From Bdellovibrio sp. (GTDB lineage Bacteria > Bdellovibrionota > Bdellovibrionia > Bdellovibrionales > Bdellovibrionaceae), in contig JANJTG010000303.1 of NCBI GenBank assembly GCA_024711265.1, positions 1 through 56,504 on the forward strand: a stretch of 56,504 nt of DNA, given 5' to 3'. The first letter of the stretch is position 1, and each line of letters begins with the position of its first letter. The notes under the pieces were generated by a model, which was given only the letters and a program-made list of their open reading frames with translations, was not told where the DNA came from and made no database searches. A program made the translations under genes and the position numbers. Below, piece by piece: positions 1 to 10,354 of this stretch.

Positions 1-1
1 C

Positions 2-358
2 GCAGGCTCTTTCATGGTTTCCTTCAGCATCAACTCAAGCCTCAAACCTTCTGTGCGCTTTGAAGTTTATCCAGCTCCCAGCTACTTTAACTGGTTTGTA
101 AACTTCGGTATTGATGCCGGTGGCGTTGCGTTCAACCCTCTTGTTTTGAGCTCTAACAACACTTTCAGTTTGATCAACAACAGCAAAGGGTTTGAAATCC
201 GCGCTCAAGGGTCTTATTGGAATGGTGGTGGATTGAGATTGATCCAAATCCAAGTTCTTCAAGGAACTTTGAATGACGGATACTTCACTTACGATCTTTA
301 CTATCCGCACAATAACGTAGCAACTAAGTTTGCGACTGGTAAATTTAAACGCTACTAA
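2..358 (+). CDS. Hypothetical protein, 5'-truncated by window edge
   Basis: Frame is open from base 2 through ATG14 to TAA358; aromatic/Gly/Asn-rich and beta-strand-like; no family recognised. Confidence 0.6.
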   Translation, partial: AGSFMVSFSINSSLKPSVRFEVYPAPSYFNWFVNFGIDAGGVAFNPLVLSSNNTFSLINNSKGFEIRAQGSYWNGGGLRLIQIQVLQGTLNDGYFTYDLYYPHNNVATKFATGKFKRY

Positions 359-362
359 GCTC

Positions 363-389
363 TGCGTCTTGCACTGAACGCAAGACTCA
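363..389. other. Inverted repeat/hairpin (GTCTTGC-N7-GCAAGAC core) after first ORF
   Basis: Complementary arms seen directly; no U-tract; overlaps possible yacG -35 TTGCAC. Confidence 0.35.
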
Positions 390-404
390 GTAAGACTTAA
401 AAGC

Positions 405-635
405 ATGACAGAACCTCAAGAAAAATCTCGACAAGTCAAATGCCCGCAATGCGGGCGTTTGACATTGTACTCAACCGAAAATCCTTTTCGACCTTTCTGC
501 TCAGAGCGCTGTCGCCTCATTGATCTTGGCGAATGGGCCAGTGAAGGCTATCGAATTCCCGTACGCGACTCTTCAAGTGATTCTTTAACTTCTGAAGAGG
601 ATGATCACGACGATCCTCACGAAGACAAACACTAG
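405..635 (+). CDS. yacG: DNA gyrase inhibitor YacG (zinc finger)
   Basis: CPQCG...[24 protein letters not shown] motif and acidic tail. Confidence 0.92.
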   Translation: MTEPQEKSRQVKCPQCGRLTLYSTENPFRPFCSERCRLIDLGEWASEGYRIPVRDSSSDSLTSEEDDHDDPHEDKH

Positions 636-798
636 TGCGTCGTCTTCAAAGGCGCACCCAGAGTCCTTTTCACATTTTGCTATTGACGAATATCTGATTT
701 TGCATTTTCATGTGGCTGTCATTGGATGACGAAGAGTTATCATCAAGATTTTTATTCACAACGACGGACACACAAAGGTGTCTACAAGAGGAGTTAAA

Positions 799-1071
799 AT
801 GAACAAAGCACAACTCATCGAAAAAATCGCTACTGAAACAAAAGTTTCTAAAGCTCAAGCTGAAGCAATCCTTGATTGCGCAGTAGAAAACATCAAAAAA
901 GCTGTTAAAAAAGGCGACGATGTTAAGCTTGTTGGTTTCGGTACTTTCACAAAAGCAAAGCGTAAAGCTCGCACTGGTCGCAATCCACAAACTGGTAAAG
1001 CGATCAAAATCCCAGCTGCTTGGGCTCCGAAATTCCGCGCTGGCGCAGAATTCAAATCAATGGTTAAGTAA
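799..1071 (+). CDS. hup: HU family DNA-binding protein
   Basis: MNKAQLIEKIA...GFGTF...RKARTGRNPQTG...PKFRAG; GAGGAG SD before ATG799, so start is 799 rather than 778. Confidence 0.95.
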   Translation: MNKAQLIEKIATETKVSKAQAEAILDCAVENIKKAVKKGDDVKLVGFGTFTKAKRKARTGRNPQTGKAIKIPAAWAPKFRAGAEFKSMVK

Positions 1072-1094
1072 TCGTTTTTAACGATTTAAACCTT

Positions 1095-1124
1095 AAAAGG
1101 CGTTCCCCTAGGGACGCCTTTTTT
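1095..1124 (+). terminator. Rho-independent terminator after HU
   Basis: AAAAGGCGT(T)CCC-CTA-GGGACGCCTTTTTT hairpin plus T-tract. Confidence 0.85.
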
Positions 1125-1189
1125 ATTTTGTCTGCCACTAAAACGCTTCTTGCCTTCCTTTTTCAGTTCTCCAGTAGTAGCCTTTTTGT

Positions 1190-2179
1190 ATGGCTCAATT
1201 TTCTCAAAAAATTAAAAGAATCGGCGTCTTTACCAGCGGAGGTGATGCCCCTGGCATGAATGCGGCCATCCGTGCTGTCGTGCGTGTGGGGATCGCTCAG
1301 AATCTTGAAGTGTACGGCATTCAAAATGGCTATGTGGGGATGATAGAAAATAAAATTCATCCTCTTCAGCTGCGTGACATGGCAAACATCATTCAACGAG
1401 GCGGCACTATTCTTAAAACAGGCCGGTCTTCAGAATTTATGAAAGCCGAAGGGCGCACCAAGGCCGCGCAGAACCTCAAGGCCGCGCAGATTGATGCTCT
1501 TGTGTGCATTGGGGGTGATGGGTCCTTTCGCGGAGCTCATGCTCTGTGGGAAGAGCATCAAATCCCTGTGGTCGGTGTTCCAGGAACTATCGACAATGAT
1601 ATTTACGGCAGTGATAAAACCATTGGCTTTGACACTGCAGTCAATACGGCACTGGAGGCCATCGACCGCATTCGCGATACAGCCGCGTCGCACGACCGCC
1701 TTTTTATCGTTGAAGTGATGGGACGAAATTCGGGCTTCATCGCCTCTCACGTTGGACTTGCCGGAGGTGCAGAAGAAATATTCACTCCCGAAGGTAATAC
1801 CACTGTGGAGAAAGCCATTGATCGAATTAAAGAAGCCATTGGCAGAGGCAAAACCAGCAGTATCCTCATTACCGCCGAAGGACAAAAACCAGGGCGAGCT
1901 TATGACTTGGCCGATGCCATTCGTAAAAAATCTGGAATGGATGCCAAAGTCTGCATACTAGGTCATCAACAGCGTGGAGGATCTCCCACGGCTGCGGATC
2001 GCATTCTTGCTAGTCGCATGGGAGCCGCCGCTGTCGACTCTCTTTTAAAAGGCTATTGCGATATCATGATCGGAACGGAAGGCGAACGCCTTGTCCAAGT
2101 TCCTCTGGATCTTGTGACGAAGAACGAAAAGAAATCCCAGTTGGATCTACTCTCTCTGGCGAGTATCCTGGCGACATAG
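1190..2179 (+). CDS. pfkA: ATP-dependent 6-phosphofructokinase
   Basis: TSGGDAPGMNAA, GGDGS, PGTIDND (Gly residues typical of ATP-dependent forms), EVMGR, GHQQRGG. Confidence 0.96.
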   Translation: MAQFSQKIKRIGVFTSGGDAPGMNAAIRAVVRVGIAQNLEVYGIQNGYVGMIENKIHPLQLRDMANIIQRGGTILKTGRSSEFMKAEGRTKAAQNLKAAQIDALVCIGGDGSFRGAHALWEEHQIPVVGVPGTIDNDIYGSDKTIGFDTAVNTALEAIDRIRDTAASHDRLFIVEVMGRNSGFIASHVGLAGGAEEIFTPEGNTTVEKAIDRIKEAIGRGKTSSILITAEGQKPGRAYDLADAIRKKSGMDAKVCILGHQQRGGSPTAADRILASRMGAAAVDSLLKGYCDIMIGTEGERLVQVPLDLVTKNEKKSQLDLLSLASILAT

Positions 2180-2278
2180 AGCTTCGCAAAAAACTCTATG
2201 TCGTTTTATCTTGACCTCAGATTTGTATGCTTGAATTCTAAGGAATATCCCTAGTTCCAAAGCAGAAATGAGGTCCCC

Positions 2279-3400
2279 ATGAAACGCCTATTGTTGGCAC
2301 TTGTCTTAGTGCTCCCCCTTCTTTCCGGATGCACCAAAAAAGAAAATGAAATTGTCATCGGTGAATATGATTCTTTGACTGGCAGTGACGCTACTTTTGG
2401 ATTGAGTACAAATAAGGGTGTGCGTATGGCCATGGATGAGATCAACGCCACGGGCGGCATCAAAGGAAAGAAAGTCAGCATTATCACTCTGGACGATCAG
2501 GGAAAAAATGAAGAGGCGGCGGCTGCCACCACTCGCCTGATCACTCAAAACCAGGTTGTGGCAATTATCGGCGGAGTTGCCAGTGGTCGCTCGAAGGCAG
2601 CAGCCCCCATTGCTCAGTCTCACAAAATTCCTTTCGTTTCCCCAGCTTCAACTAACCCTGACGTTACAAAAATTGGTGATTATGTTTTCCGCGTTTGTTT
2701 CATTGATCCATTCCAAGGATTGGTGATGGCGAAATTTGCAACAGAAAATCTGAAACTGAAAAAAGCAGCTATTCTTCGTGATGTAAAAAACGACTACAGT
2801 GTCGGCCTTGCCGACGTTTTTGCGGCGGAATTTCAAAAACGTGGTGGTGAGATCGTGGCCGACCTAAGCTACCAGGCTGGAGATATTGATTTCAAAGCCC
2901 AACTGACACAAATTCGTTCCAAAAATCCGGACGGAATCTATATTCCAGGATACTACACAGAAGTGGGATTGATCGCCCAACAAACTCGTCAACTTGGAAT
3001 CAAGGCACCTCTCATGGGTGGAGACGGCTGGGATAGCGATAAACTTTCTGAAATCGGCAAAGATGCCGTCAATGGAAATTACTACTCGAATCACTATACG
3101 ACCGAATCCTCGGATCCGGCGGTCACCGAGTTTATCAAGAAGTTTAAAGCAAAATACAACGAAACTCCGGACTCAATGGCGGCCTTGGGTTATGATGCCG
3201 CAAAAATTTTGTTTGCGGCCTTGGAGCGCTCTCCTGACTTGTCAGGAAAAGCGATTCGTGATGAACTGGCTAAAACAAAAGATTTCCCCGGGGTGACTGG
3301 GAAAATCACTCTGAATGAAAACCGGGACGCTGTAAAAAGTGCGGTGATTATTCAAGTTGATGGAAATAATCGTAAGTTCATTACCACCATCACTCCATAA
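2279..3400 (+). CDS. livK: Branched-chain amino acid ABC transporter substrate-binding lipoprotein (LivJ/LivK family)
   Basis: LLSGC lipobox; type-1 periplasmic binding protein motifs (STNPDVT, YVFRVCFID); first gene of liv operon. Confidence 0.9.
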   Translation: MKRLLLALVLVLPLLSGCTKKENEIVIGEYDSLTGSDATFGLSTNKGVRMAMDEINATGGIKGKKVSIITLDDQGKNEEAAAATTRLITQNQVVAIIGGVASGRSKAAAPIAQSHKIPFVSPASTNPDVTKIGDYVFRVCFIDPFQGLVMAKFATENLKLKKAAILRDVKNDYSVGLADVFAAEFQKRGGEIVADLSYQAGDIDFKAQLTQIRSKNPDGIYIPGYYTEVGLIAQQTRQLGIKAPLMGGDGWDSDKLSEIGKDAVNGNYYSNHYTTESSDPAVTEFIKKFKAKYNETPDSMAALGYDAAKILFAALERSPDLSGKAIRDELAKTKDFPGVTGKITLNENRDAVKSAVIIQVDGNNRKFITTITP

Positions 3401-3409
3401 GGACGGTGC

Positions 3410-4312
3410 ATGCAGGATTTCATTCAACATATTATCAACGGTGTCAGTCTTGGATCCATCTACGCACTGATCGCCCTTGGATACACAATGGTGTATGGAA
3501 TCCTGAAAATGATCAATTTCGCCCACTCTGATGTTTACATGGTCGGGGCTTTTGCGGCTTACTATTTCGCCCGCTTCTTGGGTATTGAAAACAATCCCGG
3601 CATTACAACCTTGATCACTCTTCTTGTGGTTTCCATGGTTTGCTGCAGTCTTTTGGGGCTGGCCATCGAACGTCTGGCTTATCGACCGCTTCGCAAAGCT
3701 CCAAAATTGAATATTCTTATCACCGCCATTGGCGTCAGTCTTTTTCTAGAATACTCAGGACAAGTTGTTTTTGGCGCGGACCCCAAGGTCTTCCCAGAAG
3801 TGATGAAAGATTTTGTTCTGTTTAAAATCGGCGATATCGAACTTAAATCTTTTGATATCACAGTCCTTATCGTGAGTGTGATTGCCATGCTCGCCCTGGA
3901 ATTTCTTATTTTTAAAACAAAAATCGGTCGCGCCATGCGAGCGGTTAGCAGCAATGCCTCCGTGGCAAGTCTTTTGGGTGTGAACCCTGATCGCATTATC
4001 GCCTTCACCTTTATTGTCGGCTCGTCTTTGGCCGGAGTCGGCAGCGTCCTAGTCGGAATGAAATATCCCAAGATTGATCCTTTGATGGGAATGATGATTG
4101 GACTTAAAGCTTTCGTAGCGGCCGTTCTTGGAGGAATTGGCAATGTTGGCGGAGCTGTCTTGGGGGCCTTGATTATGGGGCTTTCAGAGGAAATGGTTGT
4201 AGCCTACCTATCCAGCACCTATCGTGACGCTTTTGCCTTTGGTATTCTAATTGTCATCTTGATTTTCAGACCGGCGGGTCTTCTTGGTAAATACTCGGTG
4301 GAGAAGGTCTGA
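3410..4312 (+). CDS. livH: Branched-chain amino acid ABC permease
   Basis: NGVSLGSIYALIALGYTMVYGILKMINFAH; KAFVAAVLGGIG. Confidence 0.93.
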   Translation: MQDFIQHIINGVSLGSIYALIALGYTMVYGILKMINFAHSDVYMVGAFAAYYFARFLGIENNPGITTLITLLVVSMVCCSLLGLAIERLAYRPLRKAPKLNILITAIGVSLFLEYSGQVVFGADPKVFPEVMKDFVLFKIGDIELKSFDITVLIVSVIAMLALEFLIFKTKIGRAMRAVSSNASVASLLGVNPDRIIAFTFIVGSSLAGVGSVLVGMKYPKIDPLMGMMIGLKAFVAAVLGGIGNVGGAVLGALIMGLSEEMVVAYLSSTYRDAFAFGILIVILIFRPAGLLGKYSVEKV

Positions 4313-5283
4313 TGAAATTTTTAAAAGCTCCTCTTCTTTCTCTCATCGCGCTTTCGGCACTGGGTCTGATCTTTAATTTTGGACTGAATGCCTACTTCCA
4401 GCTCATTCTTTTATTTGCGGCGGTCAACTGCCTCATGTCCATGAGCTTGAATCTGGTCAATGGTTACACCGGACAATTTTCATTAGGTCATGCGGGCTTT
4501 ATGGCACTGGGAGCTTACTTTTCAGCTTACGCCAACACTCATTGGGATCTGCTTCCAGAGTCTGTTCAAGCTATTGAATATTTCATTTATGCTCTGGGCG
4601 GAGGCCTGTTAGCAGCCTTTGCGGGGCTGCTAGTCGGTCTTCCCTCTTTACGACTCAAGGGAGACTATCTCGCCATTGTGACTCTAGGGTTTGGCGAAAT
4701 TATTCGCGTTGCCTTGTTAAATATGGATTTCCTTGGGGGGCCTCGCGGTTACTCTGGAATCCCAGGCTTTGGTTCATTCCTTTTTTCTTTTATCTTCGCT
4801 TCGGTTTGGTTGGTGATTTGTTTTTTCACCATTTGGCGAGTTATGCACTCTACTTACGGTCGCAGCTTCCTCAGTGTGCGCGAAGATGAGATCGCCGCAG
4901 AGGCCATGGGCATCAACACCACACGCATGAAGGTTCGTGCGTTTGTCTTATCAAGCTTTTTCGCCGGCGTGGCGGGCTCTTTGTTTGCTCACTTTACCAA
5001 CTTCATCAATCCTTCCTCGTTCACATTTCTACAAAGCGTGAACGCGGTGATTATGGTGGTCTTAGGTGGCATGGGTTCAATGACAGGCTCTATTGTTGCC
5101 GCGATTTTTATCACGGCCCTGCCCGAAGCCTTACGCCCCCTGCAAGACCTCACCGGCGTCGATCTGCGCATGGTGATTTACTCTTTATCCTTAATTCTGG
5201 TGATGATCTTGCGCCCTCAAGGACTCTTTGGAGACCTGGAACTTTCTGATATGTGGAGAAAATATGTCCGACGTTCTTCTTGA
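4312..5283 (+). CDS. livM: Branched-chain amino acid ABC permease
   Basis: GYTGQFSLGHAGF, LRLKGDYLAIVTLGFGEIIR, REDEIAAEAMGIN. Confidence 0.93.
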   Translation: MKFLKAPLLSLIALSALGLIFNFGLNAYFQLILLFAAVNCLMSMSLNLVNGYTGQFSLGHAGFMALGAYFSAYANTHWDLLPESVQAIEYFIYALGGGLLAAFAGLLVGLPSLRLKGDYLAIVTLGFGEIIRVALLNMDFLGGPRGYSGIPGFGSFLFSFIFASVWLVICFFTIWRVMHSTYGRSFLSVREDEIAAEAMGINTTRMKVRAFVLSSFFAGVAGSLFAHFTNFINPSSFTFLQSVNAVIMVVLGGMGSMTGSIVAAIFITALPEALRPLQDLTGVDLRMVIYSLSLILVMILRPQGLFGDLELSDMWRKYVRRSS

Positions 5284-6040
5284 GGCAAAAAACATCACGA
5301 TGCAATTTGGTGGCCTGAAAGCCGTCGACTCCCTGGCCTTTCAAGTAAAAAAAGGACAACTGGCTGGCTTGATTGGTCCGAATGGCGCTGGAAAAACCAC
5401 CGTCTTTAATATGCTGACGGGAGTGTATCAACCCACCTCCGGTGCGGTCTTTCTTGAAGATAAATCCCTTCAAGGGCTGAAACCCTACGAAATTTCCCAT
5501 CGTGGTGTGACCAGGACATTTCAAAATATCCGCCTCTTTAAAGGACTTTCGGTCTTAGATAATGTGCTGATCGCTGGTCACCAACACATGCACTATGGGC
5601 TTTTTGCCGCGCTTTTGCAGACCCCGCACTTCCTTAAATCAGAAAAGGATTTGCGTGATAAGGCGATGGAGCTTCTCAAGATCTTCCACCTCGACGAAAA
5701 AGCTCATGAACCCTCAAGCTCTTTACCTTATGGTGAACAACGAAAGCTTGAGATTGTGCGGGCCCTAGCCACCGATCCAAAAATCATTTTATTGGATGAA
5801 CCTGCCGCGGGAATGAATCACTCTGAAACTCATCACCTCATGGAGACCATTGCAAAAATTCGCGAACAGTTTAAATTGACCGTCTTGCTGATTGAGCACG
5901 ACATGAAACTGGTCATGGGTATTTGCGAAAACATCATCGTCTTAGATCACGGAATCAAGATTGAAGAGGGCGATCCTCAAAAGATTCAAGGCTCTCAGAA
6001 GGTGATTGAGGCCTATCTTGGCGTGGAGGAAGGTCTATGA
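5264..6040 (+). CDS. livG: Branched-chain amino acid ABC ATP-binding protein
   Basis: GPNGAGKT, RTFQNIRLF, LPYGEQRKLEI, LLDEPAAG; GGAGA SD before ATG5264. Confidence 0.93.
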   Translation: MSDVLLEAKNITMQFGGLKAVDSLAFQVKKGQLAGLIGPNGAGKTTVFNMLTGVYQPTSGAVFLEDKSLQGLKPYEISHRGVTRTFQNIRLFKGLSVLDNVLIAGHQHMHYGLFAALLQTPHFLKSEKDLRDKAMELLKIFHLDEKAHEPSSSLPYGEQRKLEIVRALATDPKIILLDEPAAGMNHSETHHLMETIAKIREQFKLTVLLIEHDMKLVMGICENIIVLDHGIKIEEGDPQKIQGSQKVIEAYLGVEEGL

Positions 6041-6750
6041 GTTCGCCTCTTTTGACTGCCGAAAACTTGGAAGTCTTCTATGGCTCTATCCAAGCTCTTA
6101 AAGGAATTAGTTTTTTCGTTAACACGGGGGAAATTGTTTCTTTGATTGGCGCTAATGGGGCGGGAAAAACCACCACTCTTCGCGCCATCTCGGGCCTTGT
6201 TCCCAACAAAGGACAAATCTCGTTTGCCGGACAGAACCTTAATGTCGTTCCAACTTATAAACGCGTCAGTTTAGGCCTGGCCCAATCTCCGGAAGGACGG
6301 GGCGTTTTCCCGCAAATGAGTATTTACGAAAATCTTGAAATGGGTGCTTACTCACGCAAGGACAAAACGCAGATTAAAGCCGATTTGGAAATGTGTTTTG
6401 AACTCTTTCCCCGCCTTAAAGAGCGTCTTTCTCAAATGGCAGGAACTTTGTCGGGCGGCGAACAGCAGATGCTCGCGATCAGTCGTGCCCTGATGTGTAA
6501 ACCCAAGATGTTACTTTTAGATGAACCCTCTCTCGGATTGGCTCCTTTGGTTGTCGCCCAGATTTTTGAAATCATTAAAAAGCTGAACAAAGAAGGCATG
6601 ACAATTCTTTTGGTTGAGCAAAATGCGCGCATGGCCCTTAAGATTTCCCACCGCGCTTATGTTTTAGAGACCGGCCGCATTGTTATGCAGGATTCCGCCG
6701 AAAATCTTTTGAATAATGATGAGGTTCGTAAGTCTTATCTGGGGATCTAA
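6037..6750 (+). CDS. livF: Branched-chain amino acid ABC ATP-binding protein
   Basis: GANGAGKT, PEGRGVF, LSGGEQQMLA, LLVEQNA. Confidence 0.94.
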   Translation: MSSPLLTAENLEVFYGSIQALKGISFFVNTGEIVSLIGANGAGKTTTLRAISGLVPNKGQISFAGQNLNVVPTYKRVSLGLAQSPEGRGVFPQMSIYENLEMGAYSRKDKTQIKADLEMCFELFPRLKERLSQMAGTLSGGEQQMLAISRALMCKPKMLLLDEPSLGLAPLVVAQIFEIIKKLNKEGMTILLVEQNARMALKISHRAYVLETGRIVMQDSAENLLNNDEVRKSYLGI

Positions 6751-6754
6751 GCTT

Positions 6755-8167
6755 TTAAGACATTTTCTGCAAAAGAACTTCGAACTCGGTTCCACGGCCG
6801 TCTTTAACAGGGCTTCGCACAGAGACCTTGCCATCGTGAGCCTCAACAACCGCTTTCACGAAAGTTAAACCTAAGCCCATACCATACTCAGAGCGACTCT
6901 TATCACTTCGATACAACTTTTGCCAGATCATCGCCTGCTCATCTGCGGAAATACCGGGGCCCGTGTCCGTCACTCTCAGAATCACATTTTCGGTTTGATT
7001 GATGGTCTCAATAGTGACCTCACCACCAGACGGCGTGTATTTATGGGCATTATCTAGAAGATTCGCAATCACTCGGCTGATCAACCGCGCATCAACCAGA
7101 GCCCAATCATGACTGTCGAGTTTTTGAATCACACGAATGTCTTTTTCCTCAAAAGCCATCTCATAAAGACTCATGATTTCTCGCACGAGTTCACTGATAT
7201 ACTTCTTTTCAAGCTTTAATTTTTTACTGCGATTTTCCGCTTCCGTGATGTCCGTCAAAAGCTGCAAAAAGTTGAGAATTTTATCCGAATTTTCATAACA
7301 ACTTTGCAAAGCCTCACGATAGGTCTCCACATCCCCTTCGTTCTGAAGGGCCAACTCAGCTCTTCCGCGTAATCGCGTCACAGGGGTTCTAATATCATGT
7401 GCCAGATGATCAAAGGCTTCCTTTAGACCACTGACAAGCCCCTCAATCTTATCAAGCATTTTATTGCAAAGAACTTTGAGCTCTTCCAATTCGCCGTCAC
7501 TCCCGCCAACGGGAACCCGAGTCGACAAAGATCCACTTTCGATCTTTTTCATCGAGGTAATCAGCTCCCGAACGGGACTGAGGGTTTTATTAGAAAGGAA
7601 TAGGCCCCCTAAAAAACCAATCAGAGCTACGGGTAAAAGCAGCCACCAAAAAATCTTTTGCAGATTTCGCAACTGAAGTCCCAAGCCCTCAGTGCTTTTA
7701 GCTACGACCAGGCGATTTCCGTCTTTCAATGTTCTCCCCAAAAAAACCACAGAATCAATGCCGCCCACCTCGGGAAGAACAAAGTCAAAACTGTGAGCTT
7801 TTTGAGAAAGGATCTCGGCCTTCAATGAATCGAAATCAGTTTTAAAAGAGGGAAAGGGTTCATGAAGGAATAGAATGTCACCACGAGGGGACAAGACTCC
7901 AACCAATAATGAAGCATCTCGATCATAGTTCGGAACATACATGAAATATTCGCGGAACTCTTTAAGGCCACGAATTTCGATGCGGTTCTGATACTCTTCG
8001 AGCTTCGCCTGAAGAACCAACCGCTCCTGATCCTGCAGGGCATGACTGATTTGGAAATAGAGGAAGCTGAAAATGACCGTAGAGCTAAAAATCAGCACTA
8101 AAGAGTACGCTAAGGTCAATTTAGTGCTGATTCGGAAGAGCGTCGGCTTAAGACGACTTAAGAACAT
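6755..8167 (-). CDS. Sensor histidine kinase (2 TM, HAMP, HisKA, HATPase)
   Basis: LAHDIRTP H-box, NLLDNAHKY, DTGPGI, GMGLGL; overlaps upstream regulator. Confidence 0.92.
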   Translation of the reverse strand: MFLSRLKPTLFRISTKLTLAYSLVLIFSSTVIFSFLYFQISHALQDQERLVLQAKLEEYQNRIEIRGLKEFREYFMYVPNYDRDASLLVGVLSPRGDILFLHEPFPSFKTDFDSLKAEILSQKAHSFDFVLPEVGGIDSVVFLGRTLKDGNRLVVAKSTEGLGLQLRNLQKIFWWLLLPVALIGFLGGLFLSNKTLSPVRELITSMKKIESGSLSTRVPVGGSDGELEELKVLCNKMLDKIEGLVSGLKEAFDHLAHDIRTPVTRLRGRAELALQNEGDVETYREALQSCYENSDKILNFLQLLTDITEAENRSKKLKLEKKYISELVREIMSLYEMAFEEKDIRVIQKLDSHDWALVDARLISRVIANLLDNAHKYTPSGGEVTIETINQTENVILRVTDTGPGISADEQAMIWQKLYRSDKSRSEYGMGLGLTFVKAVVEAHDGKVSVRSPVKDGRGTEFEVLLQKMS

Positions 8168-8822
8168 ATCCTACACCTCTAACCGTATAAATGAGGCGTG
8201 TAGGGAAATCTTTTTCTAACTTGTTTCGTAAACGACATACTAATACGTCTACCACATTCGTCTGAGGATCGAAATCATAATTCCACACCTCTTTAAGAAT
8301 GGTCTGTTTACCGATGATCTTATTGGGATTGCTCATGAAAAGATCCAAAAGAACGAACTCGCGCTCTTGAAGATCCAACTTGCGACCCGCCCGAACCACA
8401 TCACGATTCAAACGGTTGAGCTTCAGATCCTGGAATACTAACTGTGTCACTTCCGAGGCCTTTTGAGCGCGTTTCAACAGATTCTTCACGCGAATCTGCA
8501 ACTCGGCCATGGCAAATGGTTTAGTTAAATAGTCATCTCCCCCCATGCTAAGACCTTTGAGACGGTCATCTAGCTCGCGAAGAGCACTTAAAATTAAAAT
8601 AGGCGTATTGATCTCTTTTTCACGCAGAGATTTAGCGAAGGTATAGCCGTCCATCTCTGGGAGCATCAAATCTAAAACGATAATATCGTAATGATTTGTT
8701 AATGCCCTCTCATAGGCACGACGACCATTGGATTCTACTTCCACCTCACCCTCGAGTTCCCCTAGCCCTTGTTTAACGATCGTTGCAATTTCGTTATCGT
8801 CTTCAACTACCAAGCATCTCAT
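8148..8822 (-). CDS. OmpR-family response regulator (CusR/CopR-like)
   Basis: VVEDD, LDLMLP, DDYLTKPF, VWNYDFDPQTNVVDVLVCRLRNKL, TVRGVGY. Confidence 0.93.
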   Translation of the reverse strand: MRCLVVEDDNEIATIVKQGLGELEGEVEVESNGRRAYERALTNHYDIIVLDLMLPEMDGYTFAKSLREKEINTPILILSALRELDDRLKGLSMGGDDYLTKPFAMAELQIRVKNLLKRAQKASEVTQLVFQDLKLNRLNRDVVRAGRKLDLQEREFVLLDLFMSNPNKIIGKQTILKEVWNYDFDPQTNVVDVLVCRLRNKLEKDFPTRLIYTVRGVGYVLKSS

Positions 8823-9004
8823 TTGGAGTCACCTTTGTTACGTACGTGTTATTTGTGAGGCTAGGATATATCAGATTTGTTTCTAAAAAAAATTAGCAAT
8901 TTTCATGTTTACAGGGATTTCCCTTATTATTGCAGACATTTAATCGACCCCGGGGCCGGGATTGCAAAGATGAAACCCAAAACCCCAGGAATCAGACTTG
9001 CCAG

Positions 9005-9039
9005 AAATAAAAAAACAGGCTCCTGGTCAGGGAGCCTGT
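9005..9039 (-). terminator. Rho-independent terminator after flgE
   Basis: ACAGGCTCC-N7-GGAGCCTGT stem followed on the minus strand by a T-tract. Confidence 0.85.
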
Positions 9040-9070
9040 GACATGGTCTATAGGTCTAGTTTAGCGAAAA

Positions 9071-10354
9071 TTATCTCTTAAGTTGAATTACCTCGTTCAA
9101 AAGCTCATCTGTCGTCGTGATTGTCTTCGCGTTGGCTTGGAAACCACGTTGATTTTGAATCATGTTTACGAACTCTGTTGCCAAGTCGACGGTTGATCTC
9201 TCAAGAGACTTTGCAAACAACTTTCCGCGTCCCGCAGCGCCAGGTCCACCCAAAGAAGCTGTTCCAGAGTCACGAGATTCTTTCAAACGATTGTTACCAA
9301 CCTTGAAAAGCGCTTCTGGATTTTCAAACTTCGCCAGAGCAATCTGTGCCAAATCCGCAGCTTGTCCGTTGGAGTAAACTGCCGTCAACACACCTTCGTC
9401 ATTGAATGACAAACCAGTGATTGTACCAGCGGCCGCACCATCTTGGTGCCAAGAAATCAGGTCTGAGTTCTTACCGTACTGTTTCGTACCATCAAGACCC
9501 TTACCGCCATCTTTAATCGCATCACCGAAGTTCAACTTCACTTGTTGGTCTTGCAATGCACCACCTTTGAAGTTGAAGTTTGTCTCTGTCGTCTCTTGGC
9601 TATCCAATTTTCCATCAACTGTGAATTTCAGCTTACCCGCACAAACTTGTGAAAGAGCGCCTTCATCACCACCGCTAACTTCTTTACCATCAACAAGACC
9701 TTTGAATTCCCACTCGCGGTCCGCAGTCTTATTGAAGAAGAAGCTGACCAAGTGTTTGTTACCTTGAGAATCGTACATCTCAACACCAGTAGAGTAGTGA
9801 GAAGTGGAATATGGATCTTTGATATCAAATTTCTTAGTTGCTTCCATGCGCGAGTCTAAGTTCAAATCCAATTTCAATTCTTTAGTTGCTTTCGCTGGGA
9901 TCAGGGCACGAGGGAATTTGATATCCGTCATTTTGTTAACGATATTGCCTTTTTCATCCGTCGCGAAACCTTGAACTTTTTGATTGTCGTTTGTTACCAA
10001 ATAACCTTCACGGTCAAAGTGGAAAGATCCATCACGAGTGTAAGACTCGCCATCAGAACCTTTTACTTTGAAGTAACCGTCACCAGAAATCGCCAAGTCA
10101 GTGACTTTTTCTGTGGCATCGATATTACCTTGAGTCAGAATGGGGTTTACGGCACCGATCTTCACACCACGACCAATTTGGTTACCACCAAGAATACCTT
10201 TTAAGTTTTTGGAAATAATGTCTTGGAATTCCGCGCGGCTCGCTTTAAAACCGACGGTGTTTGCGTTGGCGATGTTGTCCCCGATAACACCCAAAGCCTC
10301 GCCTTGAGCAGTCATACCAGACACACCTGTGTAAAGAGATGAAAGAATACCCAT
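9071..10354 (-). CDS. flgE: Flagellar hook protein
   Basis: GDNIANANTVGFK, DLAISGDGYF, YTRDGSF, LERSTVDLATEFVNMIQNQRGFQANAK. Confidence 0.96.
   Translation of the reverse strand: MGILSSLYTGVSGMTAQGEALGVIGDNIANANTVGFKASRAEFQDIISKNLKGILGGNQIGRGVKIGAVNPILTQGNIDATEKVTDLAISGDGYFKVKGSDGESYTRDGSFHFDREGYLVTNDNQKVQGFATDEKGNIVNKMTDIKFPRALIPAKATKELKLDLNLDSRMEATKKFDIKDPYSTSHYSTGVEMYDSQGNKHLVSFFFNKTADREWEFKGLVDGKEVSGGDEGALSQVCAGKLKFTVDGKLDSQETTETNFNFKGGALQDQQVKLNFGDAIKDGGKGLDGTKQYGKNSDLISWHQDGAAAGTITGLSFNDEGVLTAVYSNGQAADLAQIALAKFENPEALFKVGNNRLKESRDSGTASLGGPGAAGRGKLFAKSLERSTVDLATEFVNMIQNQRGFQANAKTITTTDELLNEVIQLKR

Noticed and set aside
8987-9005. Sigma-54-like TGGCAAG on the minus strand upstream of the OmpR regulator
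   Set aside because: The -12 position reads TC, not GC
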